From the NCBI GenBank assembly GCA_011046135.1, contig DSBG01000137.1, forward strand, positions 23,536 to 87,535: a DNA stretch of 64,000 nt, written 5' to 3'. This document shows, piece after piece, positions 29,459 to 38,757 of this stretch. How positions within the stretch are numbered: the first letter of the stretch is position 1; every line of letters starts with the position of its first letter. Source of the DNA: Deltaproteobacteria bacterium. GTDB lineage: Bacteria > Desulfobacterota > Desulfomonilia > UBA1062. Made by a program: the position numbers and the translations under genes. The notes below the pieces were generated by a model, which searched no databases, had not been told where the DNA came from, and worked only from the letters and a program-made list of their open reading frames with translations.

Positions 29459-30982
29459 AGACAGGGGATCGAGTCTGATGAGTGCGTAGGTCCTCTCTCC
29501 GCGGAGACTGCTTACCAGGATAGCATCAGAGAAGGTTCCCAGGGTATCCAGCAGGTTCTCGAGATTCTCTGTACTCACGGCGAGATAGGTCGATCCTCCG
29601 ATGGGCAGCGTTTCCCGGGAGATAATGAAGGGTCGAACCCCGGCACTTCCCAGGTAGCCTCTCATGACGAGATCATCCGAATACACGAGCAGCGGGGCCT
29701 TGAGAGAGATCTCCTGCAGGTAGGACTGTTTCGCTACATCCCTGAGGGGGTCTTCGAGGATCGGCAAACTCCAGTACAGGATAAAGACGGTAACACAACC
29801 CAGGATAAGCGCCTCCAGGTGTCTCTTGGACCTCATGAGAAAGAAAAAGACGATGCCCAAGGAGAGAACGACCACAGCGAGAGCACCATCGACCGCATGG
29901 AGGCTTCCCGCAGAGATCCTGGAGAAGAAACCGGCAGCGAGCGTCCCGAGGAAGAGGAAGGACCCGCTGACGGCCAGGGAGATGGGCATGATCTTCCCGG
30001 GCTTTTGCTGGCGCAGACCGTTGGCCAACCAGAAACCGACAAGCAGTCCGGCAAAGGGAAGGATCAGGAGAGCACGTACGGGATCGAACCGGGACGAGAA
30101 GAGAACCGCCACCACTGACACAAAGAACGCTGTCTTGATGGGGAGCAGGTCATGCCAGGTCTTGGTGTCAATATCCTTCTCGAGATAGATCCACGCAGGC
30201 ACCAGGAGAGGGAGCCAGGGCAGGAGAGCGATGAAGAGGAGGGCAGTCCGGGAAAGAAAACCTGTCTCCTGGCCAAAGGAGAATATTTCGGAGAGGAAGT
30301 GAGATCCGCCCGCCAGGCGGTACAAGAGGAGGAAGGAACCCACGGTTCCTGCAAGAATGAGAATGCCCGGGATGGGGTGAATGTTCAGGAATCTCACCGG
30401 TGCAAGATCCAGAAGGATCAGGAGCACGATGAATCCCAGGTAACATCCGAGCATGATCCATCCACCGGTGATGGATGCCATCCCTGCAAGGATGTGTGCC
30501 ACTACATACCACCAGGGCTTGGCTTTTCCCAGATAGGCGAGAGAAAAGATCAGGACGGCGAGAACGCAGAGAGTCCCCGGAAGAACCTGTGGCTGTAATC
30601 CTGAATGGGTCATGATGAACCCGAGACTCGTCATCGTGATCAGAGATGAAAACAGCGCGGTTCTCCCTCCGTATACCCGTAAGGCAAAAAGACAGACCGC
30701 CGCTGTGAACAGACAGCCCAGGACAACGAGGACAAGTCTCAAGGTGATGAGTTCTCCTGACGGGACCAGGGAGAAGAGCAGGACCTGCAGAGGGTTCTGT
30801 CCTGCAAAGGGCCGCTCGTTCAGTGTCGGTATGAGGCCACTTGATACCTGCATTTCTCGGATAGACTGGAAGATCCATACCTCCCCGTCAGAGAGCGGGG
30901 ACTGGAGAGCAAAAGGCAGAAGCAAGCAGGCGGTCACTATCAAAATGGCGATGAGTATGGCCGGGCCCCTGAGAACAGTCAC
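29450..30982 (-). CDS. ArnT/PMT-like (GT83/GT39) multi-pass membrane glycosyltransferase, divergent
   Basis: DGE..FQSIREM..SG..IPTLN N-terminal pattern typical of the ArnT family; many TM segments; SD GGAGGA. Confidence 0.65.
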   Translation of the reverse strand: MTVLRGPAILIAILIVTACLLLPFALQSPLSDGEVWIFQSIREMQVSSGLIPTLNERPFAGQNPLQVLLFSLVPSGELITLRLVLVVLGCLFTAAVCLFALRVYGGRTALFSSLITMTSLGFIMTHSGLQPQVLPGTLCVLAVLIFSLAYLGKAKPWWYVVAHILAGMASITGGWIMLGCYLGFIVLLILLDLAPVRFLNIHPIPGILILAGTVGSFLLLYRLAGGSHFLSEIFSFGQETGFLSRTALLFIALLPWLPLLVPAWIYLEKDIDTKTWHDLLPIKTAFFVSVVAVLFSSRFDPVRALLILPFAGLLVGFWLANGLRQQKPGKIMPISLAVSGSFLFLGTLAAGFFSRISAGSLHAVDGALAVVVLSLGIVFFFLMRSKRHLEALILGCVTVFILYWSLPILEDPLRDVAKQSYLQEISLKAPLLVYSDDLVMRGYLGSAGVRPFIISRETLPIGGSTYLAVSTENLENLLDTLGTFSDAILVSSLRGERTYALIRLDPLSSL

Positions 30983-31064
30983 GCTGGATATCCTCCAAGT
31001 AATAATGAGGGTTTACCTGAGAGTGGCAAAAGGTGTCAAGCGCCGATATTTTCCTTGAATGGAG

Positions 31065-31093
31065 TTGACTTCTCTCTGCCGGGTCCGTAGAAT
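31065..31093 (+). promoter_or_regulatory. Sigma70 promoter of the rph operon
   Basis: TTGACT-17 nt-TAGAAT. Confidence 0.65.
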
Positions 31094-31113
31094 TGTCTCA
31101 GAAAGGGCAGAGC

Positions 31114-31887
31114 GTGGCCTCTATCGAAGAATTGCTCAAGGGTAAGGGGATCGGAAAACCGAAGATCGAACTGAGATCAGATCGCAGGGCTTTCGATGAA
31201 ATGCGAGAGGTGCAGATCACCAGGGGCTACTGTAAACACGCCCTCGGATCGTGCCTTATTGAGGTTGGCGACACCAGGGTTATGTGCGCAGCAAATATGG
31301 AGAATCGGGTACCTCCGCACATCAAGAATACCGGCATGGGGTGGATTACGGCAGAGTACGGGATGTTGCCGGCATCGACTTCTGTCAGGACCACGCGCGA
31401 GTCAACCCGGGGAAGACCCATGGGGAGAACCCAGGAAATCCAGCGCCTCATCGGTCGGTGCCTCAGGGCAACAGCAGCGCTGGAGTATCTCGGAGAGAGA
31501 ACCATCTGGGTCGACTGTGATGTCCTCCAGGCAGACGGGGGAACCCGAACCGCCTCCATCACCGGCGCGTATGTGGCCCTGATGGATGCAGTGAACTCCC
31601 TGCTCGAACAGCAGATCATCACGAGGAATCCCATCACCGATCAGGTCGCTGCCATCTCGGTGGGGATGGTCGATGGTGAGTTGCTGCTCGATCTCACCTA
31701 CGAGGAGGATTCTCGTGCCGATGTTGACATGAACGTCGTCATGGCCACAGGCAGTAGCATCATAGAGATCCAGGGGACCGCGGAAAAAGCGCCGTTCTCT
31801 TTCCAGCAAATGATGACGATGATACACCTCGCAAAAAAAGGCATCGATCAGCTCATGGAGCGGCAGCTGCAGACCCTTGCTGAATGA
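31114..31887 (+). CDS. rph: Ribonuclease PH
   Basis: GWITAEYGMLP, GRTQEIQRLIGR, DVLQADGGTRTASITG and IEIQGTAE motifs. Start moved to GTG 31114 because TTG 31093 lies inside the -10 box. Confidence 0.95.
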   Translation: MASIEELLKGKGIGKPKIELRSDRRAFDEMREVQITRGYCKHALGSCLIEVGDTRVMCAANMENRVPPHIKNTGMGWITAEYGMLPASTSVRTTRESTRGRPMGRTQEIQRLIGRCLRATAALEYLGERTIWVDCDVLQADGGTRTASITGAYVALMDAVNSLLEQQIITRNPITDQVAAISVGMVDGELLLDLTYEEDSRADVDMNVVMATGSSIIEIQGTAEKAPFSFQQMMTMIHLAKKGIDQLMERQLQTLAE

Positions 31888-32474
31888 AACTCCTCGTTGC
31901 CACGTCTAACCCCGGCAAGATACGGGAAATCTCGGAGATTCTCGGCTCCTGCGGGATAACGCTCGTTTCCCCTGATGAAAAGGGCCTTGCCTTTGACGTT
32001 GAAGAAGGTGGCACCACCTTCGCGGAAAATGCAACGATCAAGGCCCTGGCCTGGAACAGGGCAACAGGAATGCCCTGTCTTGCTGATGACTCGGGTCTGT
32101 GTGTTGATGCACTCGGTGGAGCCCCCGGGGTCTTTTCAGCACGCTATGCAGGTCACGCAGCGACAGATGCCGACAACAACAGCCTCCTGCTCAGGAATCT
32201 CGAGGGCGTTGAAGACAGGACGGCTCGGTTTGTCTGTGTCATGGCCCTTGCCTTTTCCCCCGAAGATATTCTGACCACCACCGGGCAGTGCGAGGGAGTG
32301 ATCCTGACGGGACCACGCGGGGAACAGGGCTTCGGGTATGACAGTCTCTTCCTCGATCCAGGGAGCGGAAAATCCTTCGCGCAGATGACCCCCGAAGAGA
32401 AGAATGCCCGGAGCCACAGGCGCAGAGCCCTCATGGCACTGAGGGATCTTCTGAAATCCACCGGTCGCATCTGA
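31884..32474 (+). CDS. rdgB: Non-canonical purine NTP pyrophosphatase (RdgB/HAM1)
   Basis: ATSNPGK, ADDSGL, PGVFSARY, GFGYD and KNARSHR motifs. Confidence 0.95.
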   Translation: MKLLVATSNPGKIREISEILGSCGITLVSPDEKGLAFDVEEGGTTFAENATIKALAWNRATGMPCLADDSGLCVDALGGAPGVFSARYAGHAATDADNNSLLLRNLEGVEDRTARFVCVMALAFSPEDILTTTGQCEGVILTGPRGEQGFGYDSLFLDPGSGKSFAQMTPEEKNARSHRRRALMALRDLLKSTGRI

Positions 32475-32612
32475 TCGACAGCACCCGCGAGTGTTCGTTC
32501 ATGACGGGAGAATGTTTGTTCAGCCGATGGAAAACAGTCAGCCTCGTGACAGACAGGCGTATTTCGAGGGAAGATGGAGAGTCTTCGCCCTGCTCGAGAG
32601 AACGGTACGAAA

Positions 32613-33014
32613 ATGCCTTATACGCTCATTGATCATACTGCGGATATTGGTATACGGGTGAGGGCCCGGAACATCCAAAACCTCTATGAGGAAGCGGGGT
32701 ATGCCATGGTTGATATCCTCGGTGCCTCACTACAACCGGGCGCAGAACAGATCGAGATGAGAATAGACGGGCTCGACCGGATTGATCTGCTGGTGAGGTG
32801 GCTTCAGGAGATCCTGTATTTCATCGGAGTGAAAGGGTTCCGTGTCTCGGATATCCAGGTCACGGCACTGACAGAAACGAACCTCTCTGCTGTGCTCACC
32901 GGCGGTACAGCGAAGACACCCCTGGCCACGGAAATCAAGGCAGTTACCTACCACGACCTCACGATCCGAGAGATTGACAATCAGGTGGAGACCATCATTA
33001 TTCTGGATACGTAG
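32613..33014 (+). CDS. Archease
   Basis: DHTADIG, EIKAVTYH and C-terminal LDx; immediately upstream of rtcB. Confidence 0.92.
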   Translation: MPYTLIDHTADIGIRVRARNIQNLYEEAGYAMVDILGASLQPGAEQIEMRIDGLDRIDLLVRWLQEILYFIGVKGFRVSDIQVTALTETNLSAVLTGGTAKTPLATEIKAVTYHDLTIREIDNQVETIIILDT

Positions 33015-33028
33015 AAGGGAATCCGCCC

Positions 33029-34471
33029 ATGGAGAAACTCACAATCAAACGCATCGATCCCTACCGGATCCGGATAGAAAAGACACCTCCCATGCGTACC
33101 ACCGGGCTCGTCTATGTAAACAGCGCCCTTGAGAAAACGTTGGAGCACGATATGGTGCTCAATCAGGTGGCCAACGTGGCGTGTCTGCCCGGAATTGTCG
33201 GCCCTTCACTGGCAATGCCCGACATTCACTGGGGGTATGGGTTTCCCATCGGGGGTGTCGCGGCGTTCTCCCTGGACGAAGGTGTAATCTCCCCCGGGGG
33301 TGTTGGCTATGACATCAACTGCGGTGTCTCTTGTGTCCTGACTTCATTCACGAGAGATGAGGTCTCTTCCCGGATCAATGAGTTGCTTGCCACGCTTTTC
33401 GGAAGGATTCCCTCAGGTGTTGGATCGACCAATAAAGACGTTCGACTCTCGGACAAGGAGTTCTTGAAGGTCCTCCTCAAGGGTGCTTCCTGGGCAACCA
33501 AGAGCGGGTATGGATCCCCGGGAGATCTGGATGCGTACGAGGACAGGGGCTCCATTGCGGGGGCCAACCCGGACGCGGTTTCAAAGAGGGCACTTGAACG
33601 AGGTCTTCCCCAGCTTGGAACCCTGGGCTCAGGGAACCATTTTCTCGAACTCGATGTCGTGGATTTCATTGCCGATGAAGAGAGGGCCCGGAAATTCGGA
33701 CTGTTTCAGGGGCAGATCGTGATTCTGCTTCACACCGGGTCCCGCGGCCTCGGCCACCAGATCTGCGATGATCACGTGCATGAGATGCTCAAAGCCATGC
33801 CCTCCCACGGCATTGAACTTCCCGACAGGCAACTCGCCTGTGCCCCTGTAACGAGCAGAGAAGGTCAGGCATATCTCCAGGCCATGGCCGCCGCTGCAAA
33901 TTTTGCCTTCGCAAACCGGCAGATCATCATCCATCTCATCAGGGGATCCTTCGAGAAGACCTTCGGGAAATCATGGGACCGACTGGGTATGAGACTGCTG
34001 TACGACTGTTGCCATAACATTGCAAAGATCGAACAGATCTCCTGGAAGGGATCGCAGAGAAAGGTCTGCGTACATCGCAAGGGAGCTACGCGTGCCCTGC
34101 CCCCTGGGGATGTGCGTCTGCCGGAGAGATTCACGGCCACCGGAGGACCTGTGCTGGTACCGGGAGACATGGGCAGGATGTCCTTCATCCTTGCGGGTTC
34201 CCAATGGGCCGAGGAGACCTTTTTCAGTGCATGCCATGGAGCCGGAAGGATCCTCTCACGCCGGCAGGCCAAGAAGATTTCCAGAAAGAGATCGATTGCC
34301 GACGAACTGCGCCGTCAGGAAATCCATGCCGTTGCGGCTTCCCGCTCGACCTTGGCCGAAGAGATACCCGAGGCATACAAGGATGTCTCCGCGGTGGTAA
34401 ACACCATTACGGGCGCAGGCATTGCCACTGCTGTGGCGAGGCTCAGGCCCGTTGCAATGATCAAGGGGTAG
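33029..34471 (+). CDS. rtcB: RNA-splicing ligase RtcB (archaeal/eukaryote-like type)
   Basis: PDIHWGYGFPIGG, DINCG, GSGNHF, HTGSRG, HRKGAT, HGAGR and EEIPEAYK motifs. Confidence 0.96.
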   Translation: MEKLTIKRIDPYRIRIEKTPPMRTTGLVYVNSALEKTLEHDMVLNQVANVACLPGIVGPSLAMPDIHWGYGFPIGGVAAFSLDEGVISPGGVGYDINCGVSCVLTSFTRDEVSSRINELLATLFGRIPSGVGSTNKDVRLSDKEFLKVLLKGASWATKSGYGSPGDLDAYEDRGSIAGANPDAVSKRALERGLPQLGTLGSGNHFLELDVVDFIADEERARKFGLFQGQIVILLHTGSRGLGHQICDDHVHEMLKAMPSHGIELPDRQLACAPVTSREGQAYLQAMAAAANFAFANRQIIIHLIRGSFEKTFGKSWDRLGMRLLYDCCHNIAKIEQISWKGSQRKVCVHRKGATRALPPGDVRLPERFTATGGPVLVPGDMGRMSFILAGSQWAEETFFSACHGAGRILSRRQAKKISRKRSIADELRRQEIHAVAASRSTLAEEIPEAYKDVSAVVNTITGAGIATAVARLRPVAMIKG

Positions 34472-34472
34472 G

Positions 34473-35117
34473 TCACTCGGGGGTCGGTTCAGCCTCCCCT
34501 GACTCCTCGGGTGCCTCAACCTCTGCCTCTTCTGCTTCAACCTCGAGATACCGGGTGGAAACAACCATGGCGATGACCTTGTCTTCGCTCACTCCGTGAC
34601 CGAGGCTTACCCCTTCGGGCAGGTGCAGGTCGGAAGCGAGAATGGAATCGTTCTTTTCCTGCATGACAGAGATGTCAACCACGATCTCCGAGGGAATGTG
34701 AGCCGGCGAACACTTGAGATGGATGGACATCTCTTCCTGGCTGACCCTTCCCGTACCGTCTTTCTCCAAGGGCGAGTTCCCCGTTAATACAATGGGAACT
34801 TCCACAGTGACATCCCGTGCCAGATCCACCTTCAGAAACTCAATGTGCAGGATGTTCCTGTTCATCTTGTCCCGATGGAGGGAATGGAACAGGACCGGCA
34901 CCTTCTTGCCTTCGACAGAGAGGTCAACGATGGATGTTCCGTGGACCTTCTTGTAGATCTGTTCGAAAGCCTTTGCGTTTACCTGGACAGGAGTTGAAAC
35001 AAAATCCTTGCCATGGATGACACCGGGAATGAGTCCTTCCCGGCGCAGTTGACGCACCTTTTTTTTGTGCAGTGTCCGTTCGCTTACTTCTAGACTGAGT
35101 GCTGCTTTTGCTCCCAT
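34473..35117 (-). CDS. rplY: 50S ribosomal protein L25/Ctc
   Basis: RQLRREGLIPGVIHG, ILHIEF, VEVPI, P.HIPSEIVVDIS and acidic tail; SD GGAGG. Confidence 0.9.
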   Translation of the reverse strand: MGAKAALSLEVSERTLHKKKVRQLRREGLIPGVIHGKDFVSTPVQVNAKAFEQIYKKVHGTSIVDLSVEGKKVPVLFHSLHRDKMNRNILHIEFLKVDLARDVTVEVPIVLTGNSPLEKDGTGRVSQEEMSIHLKCSPAHIPSEIVVDISVMQEKNDSILASDLHLPEGVSLGHGVSEDKVIAMVVSTRYLEVEAEEAEVEAPEESGEAEPTPE

Positions 35118-35148
35118 TGTAGTTCCTCCGCTTTGCAATAGAGGCAGC

Positions 35149-35178
35149 ACTATACAGGATCAGGATCCGAAGAGTCAA
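35149..35178 (-). promoter_or_regulatory. Sigma70 promoter of rplY
   Basis: Minus strand TTGACT-18 nt-TATAGT. Confidence 0.6.
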
Positions 35179-35294
35179 TGAAAAGCAAGGAAAAGGACAA
35201 GGAGACCGAACAGCATCTGCGGTTTTTTGCCCGGGCGTCGGCGTGGAAAAGGCCTGCACCGAACCGTGAAGGATGACCCCTTGCCAATCCGTTC

Positions 35295-35324
35295 TTGACA
35301 ATCCGAGCTCATGGGGGTAATACT
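35295..35324 (+). promoter_or_regulatory. Sigma70 promoter of greA
   Basis: TTGACA-17/18 nt-TAATACT. Confidence 0.6.
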
Positions 35325-35331
35325 TCGAAAC

Positions 35332-35369
35332 GATACTGGTAGGCAGCTACTGGTATCTTTTTTCTTTTC
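35332..35369 (+). terminator. Intrinsic terminator/attenuator in the greA leader
   Basis: GATACTGGTAG-GCAG-CTACTGGTATC (11 bp with two G-U pairs) followed by TTTTTTCTTTT, upstream of the greA SD. Confidence 0.75.
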
Positions 35370-35384
35370 TAAGAGGTGCAGAGC

Positions 35385-35855
35385 ATGAAGAGAAATCCCA
35401 TTACAAAACAGGGGTACGCCTCTATCAGAGAGGAACTTGAACGTCTGAAAAAGATTGAGCGTCCAAAGATCATCGCGGCCATTGAAGAGGCTCGGGGACA
35501 TGGCGATCTCTCGGAGAATGCCGAGTACATCTATGCCAAAGAACGTCAATCCTTCATAGAGACGCGAATACAGGATATCGAAAACAAGCTCGGAAGCGCC
35601 GAGATCATTGATACGACAAACCTGCCGCGTGATCGCATCGTGTTCGGGTCGAAATTCGTTCTGTGCAACGTCGAGACCGATGAAGAGAACACCTACCAGA
35701 TCGTCGGTGTCGATGAGTCTGATATTGACAACGGAAAGATCTCCGTTGAATCTCCCATGGCAAAAGCGTTGATCGGGAAGAAGATCGATGATGAAGTGAT
35801 CGTGGATACGCCCAACGGCCAGAGGGAATTCGAGATCCTGGAAATTCTCACCTGA
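35385..35855 (+). CDS. greA: Transcription elongation factor GreA
   Basis: ARGHGDLSENAEY and IS.ESPMAKALIGK motifs. Confidence 0.96.
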   Translation: MKRNPITKQGYASIREELERLKKIERPKIIAAIEEARGHGDLSENAEYIYAKERQSFIETRIQDIENKLGSAEIIDTTNLPRDRIVFGSKFVLCNVETDEENTYQIVGVDESDIDNGKISVESPMAKALIGKKIDDEVIVDTPNGQREFEILEILT

Positions 35856-35934
35856 AAAGCTGTTCTTCCCGGGACCTTCTGGGCATTTTCTGCCGAAAGA
35901 CACCTGGAGGCACTGTTCCGTGAACCATGGTGAC

Positions 35935-36732
35935 CTATCTTTTCTGCGTGTGCTTTCCGGGGACAAAGAAAATGTGGGGACGTGAAGCCAGAGGATCCCT
36001 CTCCACCACCAGCCGAACCTGATAGATCTCCTCCAGTGTTGTCGCTGTGAGCACGTGTTCAGGGCTGCCACAGGCATGAACCCTCCCGGAGCTCATCAGG
36101 GCTATGGTGTCGCAGTAGGCGCTGGCGATGTTCAGGTCGTGAAGGATGAGGACCACGGTGAGCCCGTATTCATCCCTGAGAAGTTTGAGCATGTCGAGAA
36201 GATTCACCTGGTGAGAGATGTCGAGGTGGGCGGTAGGTTCATCCATGAGGATGAGCTCCGGTCTCTGGGTCAGACCCTGGGCAAGGAAGACCCGCTGCAG
36301 TTCACCCCCGGAGAGACTCTGGAGTCGGCGGTCCTTGTATCTCAGCAGATCCAGCATCTCGAGTGTTTCTTCCACGATGGTGCGGTCTTTTCGTGTCAGG
36401 GCGGAGAATCTGTCTCTGTGGGGATAGCGTCCCATGAGCACGAATTCCTCCACGGTGTAGGGGAAGGGAACCCACTGGAACTGGGGGATATAGGCCGCCC
36501 GCTGGGCGATCTTTCTGCGGGGCAACGTTCTGATGTCATTCCCCCCGAACCAGACGGACCCCTCCCAGGGCTTCAGGATACCACTCAGGCACTTGAAGAG
36601 GGTTGTCTTTCCCGCACCATTGGGGCCGATGATGCCGTAGAGGCATGTCCGGGGCACATCCAGGGAGATGTCGTGTATGACGGGAGTCTTCCCGTACCCT
36701 GCAGTGACGTGTTCCGCTCGCAGGTGCGTCAC
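35935..36732 (-). CDS. Cobalamin/Fe-siderophore ABC transporter ATPase
   Basis: GPNGAGKTT, MGRYPH, LSGGELQRV, DEPTAHLD and LHDLN motifs. Confidence 0.9.
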   Translation of the reverse strand: MTHLRAEHVTAGYGKTPVIHDISLDVPRTCLYGIIGPNGAGKTTLFKCLSGILKPWEGSVWFGGNDIRTLPRRKIAQRAAYIPQFQWVPFPYTVEEFVLMGRYPHRDRFSALTRKDRTIVEETLEMLDLLRYKDRRLQSLSGGELQRVFLAQGLTQRPELILMDEPTAHLDISHQVNLLDMLKLLRDEYGLTVVLILHDLNIASAYCDTIALMSSGRVHACGSPEHVLTATTLEEIYQVRLVVERDPLASRPHIFFVPGKHTQKR

Positions 36733-36734
36733 GC

Positions 36735-37721
36735 TCAGATGACCTCCGAAGGGTTGACCAGGGCAATGTACACGAGGAAGAAGAGCCCCCCGAGCATCCC
36801 TGTAATGACCCCCACCGGGAGCTCTATGGGTCTAAGGACGAGCTGGGAGAACGTATCGCACAGGAGGAGGAAACTGCTTCCTGCCAGCATGGATGAGGGA
36901 ATGAGGAGCCTGTGGTCTGCCCCGGTGATTTTTCGCATGAGGTGAGGAACGAGGAGCCCGACAAACCCGATTATTCCCGAGATTGCCACACACCCACCGG
37001 TAATCAGCGAGGTCGCCACGAGCAGGATGCCCTTCATGACCCGTGCATTCCCTCCGAGGTGATAGGTTTTTTCATCGCCCAGCGAGAGCATGTTCAGGTC
37101 TCTGCCGGCACAGAGGGTGACCGCCATCAGGGGGAACACCGTGAAGATCATGATCCGCATCGCACCAGGACCAGGAGAACTGAGATCTCCCATGATCCAC
37201 ATGATGGAGGAATGAACATCACGGGAACTCGCCACCGAGAAGATGAACATGACCAGAGAAGACAGGAGAAAACTCAGGATCACCCCGCTCAGGATCAGGG
37301 TCGTGCTGGAGAACTGCCTGAGGGAAGCGATACCGAGCACGACAGAGACGCTGATCATGGAGCCGGCAAAGCACATGACCACCATGGGCAGGCCTGCCAG
37401 GCCGAGAATGATGGCAAGGGTTGCCCCCAGTGCTCCTCCCGCAGAAACCCCCAAGGTGTAGGGCTCTGCAAGAGGGTTTCTCAAGATTGCCTGGAAGACC
37501 ACGCCGCACTGTGCAAGGGCTGCACCGACTATGCATGCAGTTGCGATTCTCGGAAGGCGAAGCTCCCAGACGAGGGTTGCAGTGAGGTCTCCGGGCTCGG
37601 GGCGAATGAGCGCCTCGAAGATATGAGCCGACGTGAGCGAAGTCCCTCCGGTCAGAAGGGCCAGGGCCATGCTTGCCAAGAGGATCAGTGCGAGGAGAAG
37701 AAAGACTGCGGGATGTTTCAT
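36735..37721 (-). CDS. FecCD/BtuC family ABC permease
   Basis: LRLPR, RNPLAEPYTLGVSAG, GIIGFVGLLVPH and ELPVG motifs. Confidence 0.92.
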   Translation of the reverse strand: MKHPAVFLLLALILLASMALALLTGGTSLTSAHIFEALIRPEPGDLTATLVWELRLPRIATACIVGAALAQCGVVFQAILRNPLAEPYTLGVSAGGALGATLAIILGLAGLPMVVMCFAGSMISVSVVLGIASLRQFSSTTLILSGVILSFLLSSLVMFIFSVASSRDVHSSIMWIMGDLSSPGPGAMRIMIFTVFPLMAVTLCAGRDLNMLSLGDEKTYHLGGNARVMKGILLVATSLITGGCVAISGIIGFVGLLVPHLMRKITGADHRLLIPSSMLAGSSFLLLCDTFSQLVLRPIELPVGVITGMLGGLFFLVYIALVNPSEVI

Positions 37722-38605
37722 GGCAGGTCCGGGTGGAGAATCGGGAGGACGGCCTTGTATGCCCTCAGGAACGCAGCCGGTGTGGGCTGACATACCGTGT
37801 CGGCCTCGAGCAGGTGAATTCTCCCGTCTCGGACCGCACTGATCGTCGTGAATCCTTGCCACAGCGACGGCCCCTGCAGGGAGTCCATGTTCGCCACGAG
37901 GATGATGACGTCGGGGTTTCTTCTGATCACGTCCTCGATATGTACCCTCGGATACTTGCTTTGCAGATCTGCAAAGATGTTTTTTCCCCCTGCCAGCTGG
38001 ATCAGTTCACCGGTATAGGTGAGGTCATTCGCCGTGATGAGCGGATCGGTTCCCATCTGCCAGAACACCCTCTGGACCGGCCTTCCGGACACTGAAGACT
38101 GCAGCCCGGTAAGTTCGGTTCTGATGAGCCGGACCCTGTCTTCTGCGAGCGCTCTTTTTCCGAGCAGTTCGCCGAGGCGGACAAACTCCGCGCACATGCA
38201 TGCAAAGGATTCGCACCCCTCGAACACCGAAACCCTGAGCCCCAGTGCCGAGAGGCGCTCAACATCCGTAATCCTGTTGGAATCCTTGCTTGCCAGGATC
38301 AGATCGGGCTGCAGGGAGAGGATTTTTTCGAAGTTGAGCTTTGTCAGCGTTCCGATGACGTCCTTTGATGATGCAGACTCAGGCCGATACCTGGTAACCC
38401 CTATCAGGACGTGCTCTGCACCGAGGTCCAAGAGCTGCTGGGTGAGCGAGGGGGCGAGGGAAATGATCCGCTGCGGCCCCGCTGCCCTCAGAGATACCGG
38501 CAGCAAGTGGAGGATGAGCAGAACCATGAGTACGGGGAGGATCAGGCCGGCGGCACCGTTTTGAAACAAGAGGAACTTCGTGATACGCACGAACAGTCTT
38601 CCCAT
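37718..38605 (-). CDS. BtuF-like periplasmic binding protein
   Basis: PQRIISLAPSLT, EKILSLQPDLI, AGGKNIF and NPDVII motifs; start uncertain (38605-38644). Confidence 0.85.
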   Translation of the reverse strand: MGRLFVRITKFLLFQNGAAGLILPVLMVLLILHLLPVSLRAAGPQRIISLAPSLTQQLLDLGAEHVLIGVTRYRPESASSKDVIGTLTKLNFEKILSLQPDLILASKDSNRITDVERLSALGLRVSVFEGCESFACMCAEFVRLGELLGKRALAEDRVRLIRTELTGLQSSVSGRPVQRVFWQMGTDPLITANDLTYTGELIQLAGGKNIFADLQSKYPRVHIEDVIRRNPDVIILVANMDSLQGPSLWQGFTTISAVRDGRIHLLEADTVCQPTPAAFLRAYKAVLPILHPDLP

Positions 38606-38728
38606 GGTAGTTTCATCCATACTGCGAATATCCCGTGCCGGCAAGCACAGCCGTCAGATGATCTTCGATCGATGGCGGTGCCACCCGTGAACGGGGTGAT
38701 TCTTTTCTCCGGCTTCTGGTCAAGGTGC

Positions 38729-38757
38729 TTGACACACTACCCAACATCTCCTATGGT
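38729..38757 (+). promoter_or_regulatory. Sigma70 promoter, probably leaderless, for fdhE
   Basis: TTGACA-17 nt-TATGGT-7 nt-ATG(38765); no SD. Confidence 0.7.

Noticed and set aside
32475-32612. tRNA gene after rph-rdgB, a common location
   Set aside because: No cloverleaf or canonical T-loop/acceptor-stem arrangement could be built.
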